Below are positions 37,769-47,902 of a stretch of DNA of 64,000 nucleotides, piece after piece. The stretch's first letter is position 1, and every line of letters begins with the position of its first letter. The DNA comes from Thermoplasmata archaeon. GTDB lineage: Archaea; Thermoplasmatota; Thermoplasmata; Lutacidiplasmatales; UBA184. The notes beneath the pieces were generated by a model that did no database searches, was not told the origin of the DNA, and saw only the letters and a program-made list of their open reading frames with translations. The position numbers and the translations under genes were made by a program. The stretch spans positions 25,690 through 89,689 of the forward strand of contig JASHRJ010000036.1 of NCBI GenBank assembly GCA_030037395.1, written 5' to 3'.

Positions 37769-38374
37769 GTGGCGACCACCTATCCGAAGTGCAGCCCGAC
37801 CGAGATGCTCGGGCTCCTGGTGCTGCTCAACGACCACAAGGGCTCGGAGGATGTCGCGCTCCTCGCCGACGACCTCGACCTGGAGATCGACGAGATCTTC
37901 CCGGCGCTCGAGTACGCCGAGCTGCTCCAGTTCCTCAAGGTCTCCGACGGCCGCGCCACCTTCACCGACCTCGGCCGCAAGCTCGTCGCCGCGTCGATCC
38001 GCGAGCGGAAGACAATCGTCCGGGACCAGCTCAAGAAGACCCCGCTGTTCCGCACGATCCTGCGCGCCCTCGAGGCGAGCCCCGAGCACCGACTCACGGA
38101 CGAGGAGTTCGGCCACATCATCGCGTTCACGACCGCCCGCCCGGACGGGGGCGAGCAGAACATCGTCAACTGGGGCCGGTACGCCGACCTGTTCCGCTAC
38201 GACGCCGACGCGCACGCGATCTGTCCGGCCCGCAGGTCTACCTACCGCAAGGGCGGGGACCGCGCCTCCCCCCCGAACGTGGGCCCCGGCAGCGAGACCG
38301 CCGAGCCGGCCTCGCCGAAGGGCTCGACGGGCGGGACGGCCCGGGGCCCCGGCACGGTGAGCGCCGTCGCCTGA
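37769..38374 (+). CDS. Stand-alone AAA-associated (NitT/TauT ATPase C-terminal-like) domain protein
   Basis: LADDLDLEIDEIFP..AELLQF, IVNWGRYADLFRYD. Confidence 0.78.
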   Translation: MATTYPKCSPTEMLGLLVLLNDHKGSEDVALLADDLDLEIDEIFPALEYAELLQFLKVSDGRATFTDLGRKLVAASIRERKTIVRDQLKKTPLFRTILRALEASPEHRLTDEEFGHIIAFTTARPDGGEQNIVNWGRYADLFRYDADAHAICPARRSTYRKGGDRASPPNVGPGSETAEPASPKGSTGGTARGPGTVSAVA

Positions 38375-38461
38375 GGGACCCGCGAGGGGAGTACCCCCCC
38401 GGCGCCGCCGTAAGGGCCCCGTCAGGTTATTGTCTTCCGCGTTTCCGCCGTCCCGTCGCCG

Positions 38462-39022
38462 ATGCCGGAGCTGCGGATCGTGGGCATTCCGGGAAGCCTT
38501 CGCGAGGGGGCGTACTCGTCCAGCCTCCTCCGGGCGGCGGTCGAACTCGTCCCGGACGGCGCCCGGATCGAGGTGGCGGACATCCGGGGGTTCCCGGTGT
38601 TCAACCAGGACGACGAGCGCGCGCCGCCGGAGCCGGTGCGGCGCCTCAAGGAGGCGGTCCGGGGGGCCGATGCGGTCCTTTTCTCGCTCAACGAGCACAA
38701 CTACGGCCTCTCCGCGGCCGAGAAGAACGTGCTCGACTGGGGTTCCCGACCGTACCCCGACAACGTCTGGAACGGCAAGCCGGCCGGCATCCTCAGCGCG
38801 AGCACGGGACGCCTCGGCGGAGCACGGGCCCAGTATGAGCTGCGGCAATCGATGGTGTTCCTCAACATGTTCCCGATCAACCGTCCGGAGGTGTTCGTGG
38901 CGGCGGCGGCCGAGAAGTTCGACGCCGCCGGCCGGCTCGTGGACGAAACCTCCCGCAAGTTCGTGCGCGAGCACCTGATCGAGCTTGTCCGCCACACCCG
39001 CGTGCTCGTCGCGCGCCCTTGA
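38462..39022 (+). CDS. NADPH-dependent FMN reductase
   Basis: GSLREGAYS, EHNYG..KNVLDW.SR, GGARAQYELRQ. Confidence 0.92.
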   Translation: MPELRIVGIPGSLREGAYSSSLLRAAVELVPDGARIEVADIRGFPVFNQDDERAPPEPVRRLKEAVRGADAVLFSLNEHNYGLSAAEKNVLDWGSRPYPDNVWNGKPAGILSASTGRLGGARAQYELRQSMVFLNMFPINRPEVFVAAAAEKFDAAGRLVDETSRKFVREHLIELVRHTRVLVARP

Positions 39023-39085
39023 GGCTCGGGCCGAGCTCGGCCCCATCCAAACTCTTAAACCCGGCGACCGTTCGGCCGCCCCGCT

Positions 39086-39157
39086 GGGCACGTAGATCAG
39101 CGGAAGATCGCTGCTTTCGCAAAGCAGAGGTCGGGGGTTCAAATCCCCCCGTGTCCA
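39086..39157 (+). tRNA. tRNA-Ala(CGC)
   Basis: GGGCACG/CGTGTCC-A with G3:U70; CTGCT-TT-CGC-AA-AGCAG; GGTTCAAATCC. Confidence 0.97.
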
Positions 39158-39314
39158 CCTCTCCCACGGGCCGACCCGGCGTCGCGTCCTATCGGGCCGG
39201 CGAGGGCCGGACGAAAAGGGCCCCGGGGGCGCCGCGACCCGTCTGGACCGGGTCGCCTGCGACGATCGCCGTCGCGCCCGGGACCGCCGGGCGGCCGACC
39301 GGGCCCGGCGGGGG

Positions 39315-41234
39315 TCAGGGGGTTCCGCGTTCGGGTGCGTCGGGAGCCGGTGGGGCCGGGGCCCCTTCCCGAGGCGGGCGCCGACGCCCGCGCTCGCGCG
39401 CCCTGCCGAACGGGAGGTGCAGCAGACGCTCCCGCTGTCGTTCCTGGGCGTTCCACTGGGCTCGGGCGTCGAACGGAGACTCCCGGGTGACGAAGCCGAC
39501 CACGTGGGAGGGCTCGCCCGGGTCGACCACCGGGACGGCGCTGCCCCCCAGGTGCGCCAGACGGTCGATGGCGATGCGGAGCGGCTCGTCCGGATAGGTC
39601 GCGCTCGCCAGCGGGACCGCCCGCGCACGGACCCGGGTCGAAGGGTCCCCGCCGGCGTCGAGGAAACGTTCGAGGTCGGCTCGGAACGCAAACCCCGCCG
39701 GGACGCCGTGCTCCCCGACGAGCGCAAGGCCCGCGCCGGCCCGCTCGGGGTCGTCGGTGGCCCGCAGCGCCTCTTCGACGCTCACGTCCGCGTCCACGGG
39801 CCAGACCGCCGTGTGCATCACCGACCCGACCGGCACCCGCTCGAGCGGATCGACAGCGTACTCGCGGGCCACGTGGACCCCGCGACGGGCGATCTTCTCG
39901 GTGAGGATCGAGCGATCCATGGAGAGAACGGTGAAGCCGTAGGCGATCGCCCCGGCGGCCAGGAGCGGGAGGAGAGCGTTCACGTCGTGCGTGAGCTCGA
40001 CCGCGAAGACGATCCCGGTGAGCGGAGAGCGCATCGTCCCCCCCAGCGTCGCCGACATGCTGACCAGGACCCACAGCGGCGTCGACCCGAACGGGAGGAG
40101 CCGGGCCTCTACCGCCCCGAGGGACCCCCCGATGATCAGCAGCGGAGCGAGAACTCCCCCCGAGGTGCCCGAGCCGAGCGCCACCGCCCAGATGACGGCC
40201 TTGACGACCAGGAGCGTCACGACGAAAACGAGCGTGACCTCCACCGCGGGGTAGACCGATGTGAGCTGCGGGTTCGAGCAACTGAGCAGCAGGCAGATCC
40301 CGCCGTAGCCGACCCCGAGGGACTGGACGACCACCAGCCCGCCGACTCCGACGACCGCTCCGCCGATCGCCGGCCACCACATCCAGTGGATCGGGAGCTT
40401 GCGGAACGCATCCTCGAAGAAGTACACCGCCCGGGTCAGGACGGTGGCCAGCGCCCCCGCGAGGAGGCCGACGAGCAGCGCGCCCGCGAGGATCGGACCG
40501 GTCGGGGCGCCGGACGCCGGGATAGGGAGCAGCGGACCGACGCCGTGGGCCGGGACGAGGGTCCAGCTCAGGAACGTGGCCGTCACCGTGGCCACGGCCA
40601 CCGGAAGGAGGCTCCGGGGCTTCCACTCGAACAAGAGGAGCTCGGCCGAGAGCAGCACCGCCGCGACGGGCGTGTTGAAGATCGCGGCCATCCCGGCGGC
40701 CGCGCCCGCGACCAGGAGGGTCTTGCGCTCGGCCGCGGTGAGCGTGAGGAATTGGCCGAGCACCGAACCCAGCGCACCCCCGGTCAGGATGATCGGGCCC
40801 TCCGCCCCGAACGGGCCGCCGGTCCCGATCGAGACGGCCGAGGAGACCGGCTTGAGCACGGCGAGACGGGGGGCGACCCGGCTGCGGTCGATCAGGATCG
40901 ACTCGAGCGCCTCGGGGATCCCGTGGCCCCGGATCCGCTCCGAGCCGAACCGCGCCATCCCCCCGATCAGAAGCCCGCCGACCACGGGGACCCCTACGGA
41001 GAGGAAGCCCCAGGTGTTCGCGGGAGGCACCGTCCTGACGGAGAGCCGTCCGAAGTAGAACAGGTTCGTGAAGAGGCCGATCAGGTCGTACAGCGCCGCT
41101 GCCGCGAACGCCGCGAGCGCGCCCACGACGACCGCGAACCCGGCGATCCTGAGCATCCTCCGATCGGAGGAGGTGAAGTCTCCCAGTTGGGCCGCGCCGA
41201 GGTGCCGTGGCAGGACCGGGGGACCGGCGCTCAC
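39315..41234 (-). CDS. ClC chloride channel/antiporter with CBS domains
   Basis: GHGIPE, GAEGP, GTSGGVLAP, ILTEKIARRG, C-terminal CBS pair. Confidence 0.93.
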   Translation of the reverse strand: MSAGPPVLPRHLGAAQLGDFTSSDRRMLRIAGFAVVVGALAAFAAAALYDLIGLFTNLFYFGRLSVRTVPPANTWGFLSVGVPVVGGLLIGGMARFGSERIRGHGIPEALESILIDRSRVAPRLAVLKPVSSAVSIGTGGPFGAEGPIILTGGALGSVLGQFLTLTAAERKTLLVAGAAAGMAAIFNTPVAAVLLSAELLLFEWKPRSLLPVAVATVTATFLSWTLVPAHGVGPLLPIPASGAPTGPILAGALLVGLLAGALATVLTRAVYFFEDAFRKLPIHWMWWPAIGGAVVGVGGLVVVQSLGVGYGGICLLLSCSNPQLTSVYPAVEVTLVFVVTLLVVKAVIWAVALGSGTSGGVLAPLLIIGGSLGAVEARLLPFGSTPLWVLVSMSATLGGTMRSPLTGIVFAVELTHDVNALLPLLAAGAIAYGFTVLSMDRSILTEKIARRGVHVAREYAVDPLERVPVGSVMHTAVWPVDADVSVEEALRATDDPERAGAGLALVGEHGVPAGFAFRADLERFLDAGGDPSTRVRARAVPLASATYPDEPLRIAIDRLAHLGGSAVPVVDPGEPSHVVGFVTRESPFDARAQWNAQERQRERLLHLPFGRARERGRRRPPREGAPAPPAPDAPERGTP

Positions 41235-41339
41235 GCGGAGATGGCTCCCGGCCGGGCCCGCCCGACCCCCCGGCTGCCCGGCACGGGCCCAAGGATCCGC
41301 GCCGTCGGACGACCCGGGAGCCGCAACGCCCGCGGCCCC

Positions 41340-41789
41340 TCAGTCGCCCACGATCAGGACCGATCGGCGCGTCGTGGCGGCCACGTGCCGGCTGACGCTG
41401 CCTCGAGCCCACCGGCCGAACGACGGCTTCCCCCGCCGCGCCAGCACGATCAGGTCGCAGTCGGCGAACTCCGCGTACTCGCAGATCCGCTCTCCGGGAT
41501 CCCCGTGGAGGATCCGGATCGGAACGTCCCGGCCGGTCCCCCCGAGGCGGTCGACCAGGCGACGCCGGAGCTCCTGGTTGATCGCGGCCTCCTCGGCGTT
41601 GGCCGGGGACCCGTCCGACTCGTTCGCCGCGGCGGTGGTCGATCGCAGAACGACGTGACATACCACCCCGTGCGCCCGGGCTCGGAGCAGGTCGGCGACG
41701 ACGCCCCACAGCCGGGGGTTCGGTTCCCCCGGCCGGACCGCCAGCAGGAACCGCCGGAAGGGGGGAGCTCCCGGAGAGAGCTGCGGCAC
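41340..41789 (-). CDS. Universal stress protein
   Basis: GDPGERICEYAE..CDLIVLARRG..GSVSRHVA; probable GTG start at 41789. Confidence 0.85.
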   Translation of the reverse strand: MPQLSPGAPPFRRFLLAVRPGEPNPRLWGVVADLLRARAHGVVCHVVLRSTTAAANESDGSPANAEEAAINQELRRRLVDRLGGTGRDVPIRILHGDPGERICEYAEFADCDLIVLARRGKPSFGRWARGSVSRHVAATTRRSVLIVGD

Positions 41790-41854
41790 CGTGTCCCCAC
41801 CGGTCCCCCGCGGCGCGGGGCGTTCCGGCGGGGCCTCTCGGCCCGTCGTCGCGG

Positions 41855-42274
41855 TCACGTCCGTAGACGCGTCCCCGGCGCGTGGGCTGCCCGGCGGGGG
41901 GCCGAGGGCCGCCTCGTGGGGCCTCCCTCGAGCACCTCCCCGAGGAGCTCTCCGAGGACGGCCGCGTTCGAGCATGCCGAGTCCCTCGTCGCGTGCAGGA
42001 GCGTGACGGTCGTCCGTTCCGCCTGCACGGCGAGCTCCGCCAGGCTGTCCCGCTGCCGGAGCAGCTCGAGCCGATACCGCTCCCGAAACCCGGCGAACCG
42101 CTCCCGGTCGTGCCCGTACCACTTCCGCAGCCCGTCGCTCGGCGCGAGGTCACGACGCCAGACCCCTACGCTGGCTCGGCGCTTGGACAGGCCCCGGGGC
42201 CACAGGCGATCGACCAGGATGCGGGTTCCGTCCGACGGGGAGGGCGCAGCGTAGACCCGCTTGAGTCGGATCAT
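41855..42274 (-). CDS. DUF488 (YeaO-like) protein
   Basis: MIRLKRVY..DGTRILVDRLWPRGLSK..LAPS..LRKWYGH. Confidence 0.9.
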   Translation of the reverse strand: MIRLKRVYAAPSPSDGTRILVDRLWPRGLSKRRASVGVWRRDLAPSDGLRKWYGHDRERFAGFRERYRLELLRQRDSLAELAVQAERTTVTLLHATRDSACSNAAVLGELLGEVLEGGPTRRPSAPRRAAHAPGTRLRT

Positions 42275-42496
42275 CCGGACTCCCGGAGGCTCTCGTGCGC
42301 TCGGCTCCTTCCGGAGGGCGGGCCCCCTCTGACCAGCGGCCGCGGCGTCATGGAGTCCGCCGCTAGACCGTTCGAGCGGGGAAGGCCGTGCGGGCGCCGG
42401 CGCGCGGGCCGCATCCGCCGATCGGCTCGAGCTACCCGCTCGAGGAGGAACGGTCAAACCCGAGCCGGGGCGTGGCCCATCCCCATCCGAAGAGCG

Positions 42497-43300
42497 ATGA
42501 GCGGAGGTCCGCCCGCGGGGTCTCGGAGTGACCGTCGAAGGCGGCGAGCGCCGACGGGTCCTCGCCGGCCGCAGACGACCGTCTCCTGTCGGCTCCGGGT
42601 CCGCCTTCCGCCGGACGTGTGGATGGCCGCGTTGAGCGCGGCCCACCCGTCGGTCCGCTTCGAGGTCCTCGACCGCTTGGAAGTTTCGCCCCGCCGAGTG
42701 CTCTTCGACGTTCGCCTTCCCGCGCGGCCGACCGCGCCCTGGAGCGAGGAGCTCGGGAGGCTCCCGGACGTCGGCTCCGTGGAGCTCCTCGACGCGAGCG
42801 CATCGGCGGAGACCTACCGAGTGCTGTTCGCCGGACGCACCTTCGTCCCTTTGGTGAAGCGCTGGAGGGTGCTCCGCCGGTTCCCCTTTCCCGTGGAGAA
42901 CGGGGTCGCGACCTGGCTGGTGGTGGGCGCGGAGCCCCGCGTCCGTCGCCTCCTCTCCGCGCTGCGGGGGTCCGGGGTCGCTTTCCGCATCGACTCGGTC
43001 CGACGGGGTCTCCCGGCCGGGCCGGCGTCCGTGCTCACAACCCGTCAGCGGGAGGTCCTGCGGAAGGCCGTGGGAGAAGGCTACTTCGACGTCCCGCGCC
43101 GGATCTCCCTGACCGAGCTCGCCGTCCGGCTGGGGATTGCCTCCTCCACGCTTTCGGTCACCTTGGCCGTGATCGAGAAGAAGATCGTCGAGCCCCTCGT
43201 CGGCGAGGGGGCCCGCGGGGCCGCCCGTACGGACCCGTCGGACCGAGGACAAGCCCGGGTCGGCCGGCCCGGCGGACCGCGGGCCTCCGGTCGGACCTGA
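42497..43300 (+). CDS. Bat/HTH_10-type archaeal transcriptional regulator
   Basis: C-terminal LTTRQREVL..GYFDVPRRISLTELA.RLGI; start uncertain. Confidence 0.85.
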   Translation: MSGGPPAGSRSDRRRRRAPTGPRRPQTTVSCRLRVRLPPDVWMAALSAAHPSVRFEVLDRLEVSPRRVLFDVRLPARPTAPWSEELGRLPDVGSVELLDASASAETYRVLFAGRTFVPLVKRWRVLRRFPFPVENGVATWLVVGAEPRVRRLLSALRGSGVAFRIDSVRRGLPAGPASVLTTRQREVLRKAVGEGYFDVPRRISLTELAVRLGIASSTLSVTLAVIEKKIVEPLVGEGARGAARTDPSDRGQARVGRPGGPRASGRT

Positions 43301-43614
43301 TCCACCCTTGGGTCGCGTGGCCCACCCGCGCTTCCCGTGGAACGCCTTCGTCCGTCGGCCCTGCCGCGGCAGGGCCCGCGCCGAACCCGGCGGGCCGTGG
43401 GAGCCGCCGCCTCCGTCGCCCGGGCCCGAGCCATCTCCCTCGCCCTCAGGAGCCGCCGGTCCGACGGCGGCTCAGGTCGCGCCTCTCTCCGTCAGGGGCG
43501 GGCGGCGTGCGGCGCGCTTCGAACTCGAGGGGCGACGGTACGACCGGTTCCCCCGCGAACCCCCGGGAACGTGCACCGACATCTTCTTGCGCCGCGGGCC
43601 GTCGGCGCCGGGCC

Positions 43615-43908
43615 GTGGACTCTGCCGACTGGACGGTCACGCTCGTCGGCTCCGTCGCCGCGATCTGCACGACGGGAGCGTTCGTGCCGCAGGTCCTCCG
43701 TGTCTGGCGGCTGAAGAGCGCCCGGGAGATCTCCCTCGCCACCTTCCTCGTCTTCGCCGTCGGCACGTTCGCCTGGCTCGTCTACGGCCTGTTCATCGGC
43801 TCCCTGCCGGTGATCGCCGCCAACGCGGCCACGTTCGCCCTGGCCGTGACGATGGTCGTCGCGAAGTGGGTGTACGATCGGTCCCCGGTGGCCGCCTCCT
43901 CCCCGTGA
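43615..43908 (+). CDS. SemiSWEET (PQ-loop) transporter
   Basis: AAICTTGAFVPQV..SAREISL..WLVYG..PVIAAN. Confidence 0.88.
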   Translation: MDSADWTVTLVGSVAAICTTGAFVPQVLRVWRLKSAREISLATFLVFAVGTFAWLVYGLFIGSLPVIAANAATFALAVTMVVAKWVYDRSPVAASSP

Positions 43909-44001
43909 CCCTGGGCTGACATCGACGTGCCCCGGCACCGCAGAGCCTGCCCGTGCGGGAGCGGGGGAAAGCGGTAAGGGCGGCGCCGCGGTCGCGCGGG
44001 C

Positions 44002-44172
44002 ATGGTTGCCGGTTCGTCGCTCGGGTCGTCGAGCTCCGCGCCTCTGCCCGCGAACTCGCTGGAAGCGCTGCAACGGATCGAGCGGAACACCGCCGAGACC
44101 GCGCGGTGGCTCCGGATCCTGGTGGTCGCCGTGGTCGTGCTGATCCTCGTGGATCTCCTCATCTTCATCTAG
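44002..44172 (+). CDS. Small tail-anchored membrane protein (56 aa)
   Basis: MVAGSS..LEALQRIERNTAETARWLRILVVAVVVLILVDLLIFI; below the ORF-track cutoff. Confidence 0.6.
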   Translation: MVAGSSLGSSSSAPLPANSLEALQRIERNTAETARWLRILVVAVVVLILVDLLIFI

Positions 44173-44201
44173 GGGCCGCCGGCCGGCGGCGTGGGAACCG
44201 G

Positions 44202-44753
44202 CTACGCGTCCAGTCCGGGCGGCTCGCGTCCGGGGCGGTCGCCGCGCGCGAAATCCGCCTCGGCCTCCGCGCGCTTGCGGGCCTTCTCCGCGCGCGGCAT
44301 GCGGACCCGCATCGAGAGCGACCAGTGGTGCCCGAACGGATCGATAAGGCGGCCGTACCGCTCGCCCCAGAACTGGTTCTCGAGCGGCATGCTGACCGTG
44401 GCGCCGGCCGCCACGGCCCGGTCCCAGAGGGTATCGACGTTCTTCGTGTACAGGTGAAGGGTCACCGTCGTCGTGCCGACCGACGCGGGCGAGGCGACCT
44501 CCGCGCCCTCGAACACGTCCGACAGCATCACGATCGAGCTGCCGATCCTCAGGCGCCCGTGGATCAGCTTGCCCTCCGGCGTGGTCTGCCGCACGAGCTC
44601 CCGGGCCCCGAACGCCTTTCGGTAGAACTCCAGGGCGGCCACGCCCCCTTGGACCGAGAGGTACGGGATGATCGTGGGGTAGCCCGGAGGGACCGGCGCC
44701 AACGCGGGGCGCGCCGGGCGGGCTCGCCTGCGGGGACGGGTTGGGCCGGGCAT
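44202..44753 (-). CDS. VOC family protein (PhnB-like)
   Basis: PYLSV..ALEFYRKAFGA, FWGERYGRLIDPFGHHW. Confidence 0.92.
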   Translation of the reverse strand: MPGPTRPRRRARPARPALAPVPPGYPTIIPYLSVQGGVAALEFYRKAFGARELVRQTTPEGKLIHGRLRIGSSIVMLSDVFEGAEVASPASVGTTTVTLHLYTKNVDTLWDRAVAAGATVSMPLENQFWGERYGRLIDPFGHHWSLSMRVRMPRAEKARKRAEAEADFARGDRPGREPPGLDA

Positions 44754-44902
44754 CTCGTGGCGACCGCGCGCCCATCTGGACCGGCCAGATAAGCGCTGTC
44801 CGCCCGAGCGGGGGCCGGCTCCGGCCGGACGGAGGCGGCCGTCAACCGACGTTGACCTTCCCGTTATCGAGCGGGCCCGGGCTGGTCCGGCCGGCTCGGC
44901 CG

Positions 44903-45757
44903 ATGCTCGAGATACGGTTCCATGGGCGAGGAGGCCAGGGCGCCGTCGTCGCCTCCGAGCTGCTCGCCCAGGCGGCGTTCCTCGACGGCAAGATGCCCCA
45001 GAGCTTCCCGTTCTTCGGCGTGGAGCGGCGCGGCGCTCCGGTGACCGCGTTCGCTCGGATCGACGACCGTCCGATCCGGGTCCGCACGTCCGTCACCGAA
45101 CCGGACGTCGTCGTCGTGCTCGACCCCGGGCTGCTGGCGACCACCCCGGTGAGCGAGGGCCTCCGGCCCGGGGGGCTCCTGCTGGTGAACACCCGGACGG
45201 CGGCGGAGGCGCTTGCCGGGCCGGTGGGCATCCGTCGGGCCACGGTCGATGCCACCCGGATCGCGCTGGCGCGCGGTCTCGGCACGTCGATGATGCCGAT
45301 CGTGAACACCGCGGTCCTGGGCGCGCTCTCGCGCGCGAGCGGGGCGGTCTCCCCGGAGGCCCTCGATCGGGCGATCGCCGCCTTCGTGCCCGCCCGGCCG
45401 GACGCCAACCGCGACGCCGCGCGGGACGGCTACCTTCAGGTACGCGCGGCGCCGGCCCGCGAGGGGCCGTCCGCGGCGCCCGCGCACCCCCGCCCGCCCC
45501 CGGTGCCGATCCCGGAGGGACCGATCGCGTTCCTCTCGAGCGAGTCGACCCCGACGGCGGCCTGGCGGACGTTCACCCCGGTGATCCACCGGGAGCGGTG
45601 CACGCGGTGCAACTTCTGCTGGAAGTTCTGCCCGGACGACGCGATCGAGCTCGGCGCCGACGGGTTCCCGCGCCTCCGCGCCGCCTTCTGCAAAGGTTGC
45701 GGGATCTGCGCCGCCGAGTGCCCCCCGAAGACGATCGAGATGGTCGCGGAGGCCTAG
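44903..45757 (+). CDS. porC: 2-oxoacid:ferredoxin oxidoreductase gamma subunit fused to the delta ferredoxin
   Basis: IRFHGRGGQG, FGVERRGAPV; C-terminal CTRCNFCWKFCP and CKGCGICAAECP. Confidence 0.9.
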   Translation: MLEIRFHGRGGQGAVVASELLAQAAFLDGKMPQSFPFFGVERRGAPVTAFARIDDRPIRVRTSVTEPDVVVVLDPGLLATTPVSEGLRPGGLLLVNTRTAAEALAGPVGIRRATVDATRIALARGLGTSMMPIVNTAVLGALSRASGAVSPEALDRAIAAFVPARPDANRDAARDGYLQVRAAPAREGPSAAPAHPRPPPVPIPEGPIAFLSSESTPTAAWRTFTPVIHRERCTRCNFCWKFCPDDAIELGADGFPRLRAAFCKGCGICAAECPPKTIEMVAEA

Positions 45758-45768
45758 CGGCAGGAACG

Positions 45769-46947
45769 ATGGCGCGCAAGGTCCTATCCGGTAACTCCGC
45801 CCAGGCGTACGCCGCCCGGCTTGCAAGGGTCCAGGTCGTCTCGGCGTATCCGATCACCCCGCAGACGTCGATCGTCGAGAAGATCGCGGACTTCGTGGCG
45901 TCCGGCGAGCTGCCCGCCCAGTACGTCAAGGTCGAGTCCGAGCACTCGGCGCTCCAGGTCTGCCTGAGCGCCTCCGCGCTCGGCGCGAGGACGTACACGG
46001 CGACCTCGAGCCAGGGCCTGCTGCTGATGCACGAGCTGTTGCACTGGGCGAGCGGGATGCGGGCGCCCATCGTTATGGGCGTCGTGAACCGCGCGGTCGC
46101 GCCGCCCTGGAACATCGGCGCCGACCACACCGATACGATCAGCCAGCGGGACACCGGCTGGCTCCAGTTCTACGCGGAGAGCAACCAGGAGGTCCTCGAC
46201 ACCGTGCTCGAGGCGTTCCGCCTCGCCGAGGACCCTGCGGTGCGCCTGCCGGTCATGGTGGCGGAGGACGCGTTCTACCTCTCGCACACGGTCGAGCCGG
46301 TGGACGTACCGGACCCGGCCCAGGTCGACCGATTCCTGCCGCCGCGCGAGCCCCACGCCGTCTTGGTTCCCGGCGAGACCGCCCGGCTCGGTTCGTTCAC
46401 CGGCCCGGATCGCTACGTCGATTTCCGGCGTCAGTTGGCGCGCGCGGTCCGTGAGGTGCCGAGGACGCTTGCGGAGGTCGAGGCGGACTACGCCCGCGTC
46501 GTGGGGAGGGACCTGGGCGGGCCGTTGCCGACGTACCGTGCCGACGACGCGGACGCGGTGCTCCTCACGATGGGGACCGCGACGACGACGGCGCGAGGGG
46601 TCGTTGACGACCTCCGGGCGGCGGGTCGAAAGGTTGGCCTGGCCCAGCTGCGGCTGTTCCGGCCGTTCCCGGACGACACGATCCGCCAGCTCGGCGTCTC
46701 GGTTGACCGTCTCGGCGTCGTCGACCGCGCCTACACGTTCGGCCCGTCCGGGCCCGTGGCCACCGAGGTCGGAGCGGCGCTCTACGGGGTCTCCCGGCGC
46801 CCCCTCCTGACGAGCTTCCTCGCAGGGATCGGGGGCCGGGACGTCACCCCGCACGAGGTCCGACGCATGTTCGACACCCTGCTGTCGGACGAACCCCCCA
46901 GCACCCACTGGGAGGACCTGGAGGAGGAGGCGGCGGTCCGTGGCTAA
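45769..46947 (+). CDS. porA: 2-oxoacid:ferredoxin oxidoreductase alpha subunit
   Basis: YPITPQT, ESEHSA, TATSSQGL, NRA, LFRPFP, GIGGRD. Confidence 0.94.
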   Translation: MARKVLSGNSAQAYAARLARVQVVSAYPITPQTSIVEKIADFVASGELPAQYVKVESEHSALQVCLSASALGARTYTATSSQGLLLMHELLHWASGMRAPIVMGVVNRAVAPPWNIGADHTDTISQRDTGWLQFYAESNQEVLDTVLEAFRLAEDPAVRLPVMVAEDAFYLSHTVEPVDVPDPAQVDRFLPPREPHAVLVPGETARLGSFTGPDRYVDFRRQLARAVREVPRTLAEVEADYARVVGRDLGGPLPTYRADDADAVLLTMGTATTTARGVVDDLRAAGRKVGLAQLRLFRPFPDDTIRQLGVSVDRLGVVDRAYTFGPSGPVATEVGAALYGVSRRPLLTSFLAGIGGRDVTPHEVRRMFDTLLSDEPPSTHWEDLEEEAAVRG

Positions 46948-47845
46948 GCTGACGATACCGGCGGAGGAGTGGATGTTCTCGGGGCACGCCGCCTGCCCGG
47001 GCTGCGGGCCGGCCCTGGCGATGCGCCTGCTGCTCAAGGGGCTCGGACCCCGCACGATCGTTTCGGTGCCGGCCTGCTGCTGGACCGTGATCGGGACCCC
47101 GTTCCCGACGACGGCGCTCCGCGTCGGCGTGCTCGACAACGCGATCGAGGCGACCGGCGCTTCGATCTCGGGGCTTCGGGCCGCCGCCGACGCCCTGGGC
47201 CTCGCCGACGTCACCGTCGTCGGCTTCGCGGGCGATGGAGGCACCGCGGACATCGGGCTCCAGGCGCTCAGCGGCATGCTCGAGCGCCGGACCGACGCGA
47301 TCTACGCGATGTACGACAACGAGGCGTACATGAACACGGGGGTCCAGCGGAGCGGGGCTACGCCGTGGGGGGCCTGGACCACCACGACCCCGGTGGGGCC
47401 CGCCGCCCGGGGCAAACCGGAGCCTAAGAAGGACGTCATGGGGATCGTGCTCGCCCATCGTCCGGTGTACGCGGCCACGCTGAGCCCGAGCTTTCCGGAA
47501 GACTTCGACCGGAAGGTGGAGCTCGCGAAGGGACTGCGAGGGCCACGGTTCCTCCACATCTTCGCGCCGTGCCCGCCCGGCTGGAGGTTCGACTCGGCGG
47601 AGACGATCGCCCTAGGCCGCCTTGCGACCGAGACCGGAGTGTTCCCGCTGTACGAGGTCCTGGACGGTCGGCTGCGCATCACCCGGAAGGTGAGCACCCT
47701 CCGACCGGTCTCCGACTACCTCGCGAAGCAGGGGCGCTTCCAGCACCTTACCCCGGAGGAGATCGCCCGGATCGAGGCCCAGGTCCGAACCGACTGGGAG
47801 CGACTCCTGGCCCGCGAGCGCGAGGACGGTCCGGCCCCCGCGTAG
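46940..47845 (+). CDS. porB: 2-oxoacid:ferredoxin oxidoreductase beta subunit
   Basis: GHAACPGCG, GDGGTADIG, DNEAYMNTGVQRS, PCPPGW. Confidence 0.94.
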   Translation: MAKLTIPAEEWMFSGHAACPGCGPALAMRLLLKGLGPRTIVSVPACCWTVIGTPFPTTALRVGVLDNAIEATGASISGLRAAADALGLADVTVVGFAGDGGTADIGLQALSGMLERRTDAIYAMYDNEAYMNTGVQRSGATPWGAWTTTTPVGPAARGKPEPKKDVMGIVLAHRPVYAATLSPSFPEDFDRKVELAKGLRGPRFLHIFAPCPPGWRFDSAETIALGRLATETGVFPLYEVLDGRLRITRKVSTLRPVSDYLAKQGRFQHLTPEEIARIEAQVRTDWERLLAREREDGPAPA

Positions 47846-47902
47846 GCCCGCCCGGAGCGGCTGCGGCGGGGAGGGGCGATCCGGCGGGGGTCCCCCCCGG
47901 CC

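Noticed and set aside
39139..42254. Very long alternative-frame ORFs (1004 aa, 945 aa; likewise 51530-54340 and others)
   Set aside because: These are Arg/Pro/Gly-rich shadow frames overlapping well-supported genes, a high-GC artefact.
43301..43614. Long intergenic region with hairpins before SemiSWEET
   Set aside because: No recognisable riboswitch or sRNA motif; the hairpins are explicable by GC content.
44903..45757. Gamma-delta fusion of the 2-oxoacid oxidoreductase as a novelty
   Set aside because: Subunit fusions are common in this enzyme family.
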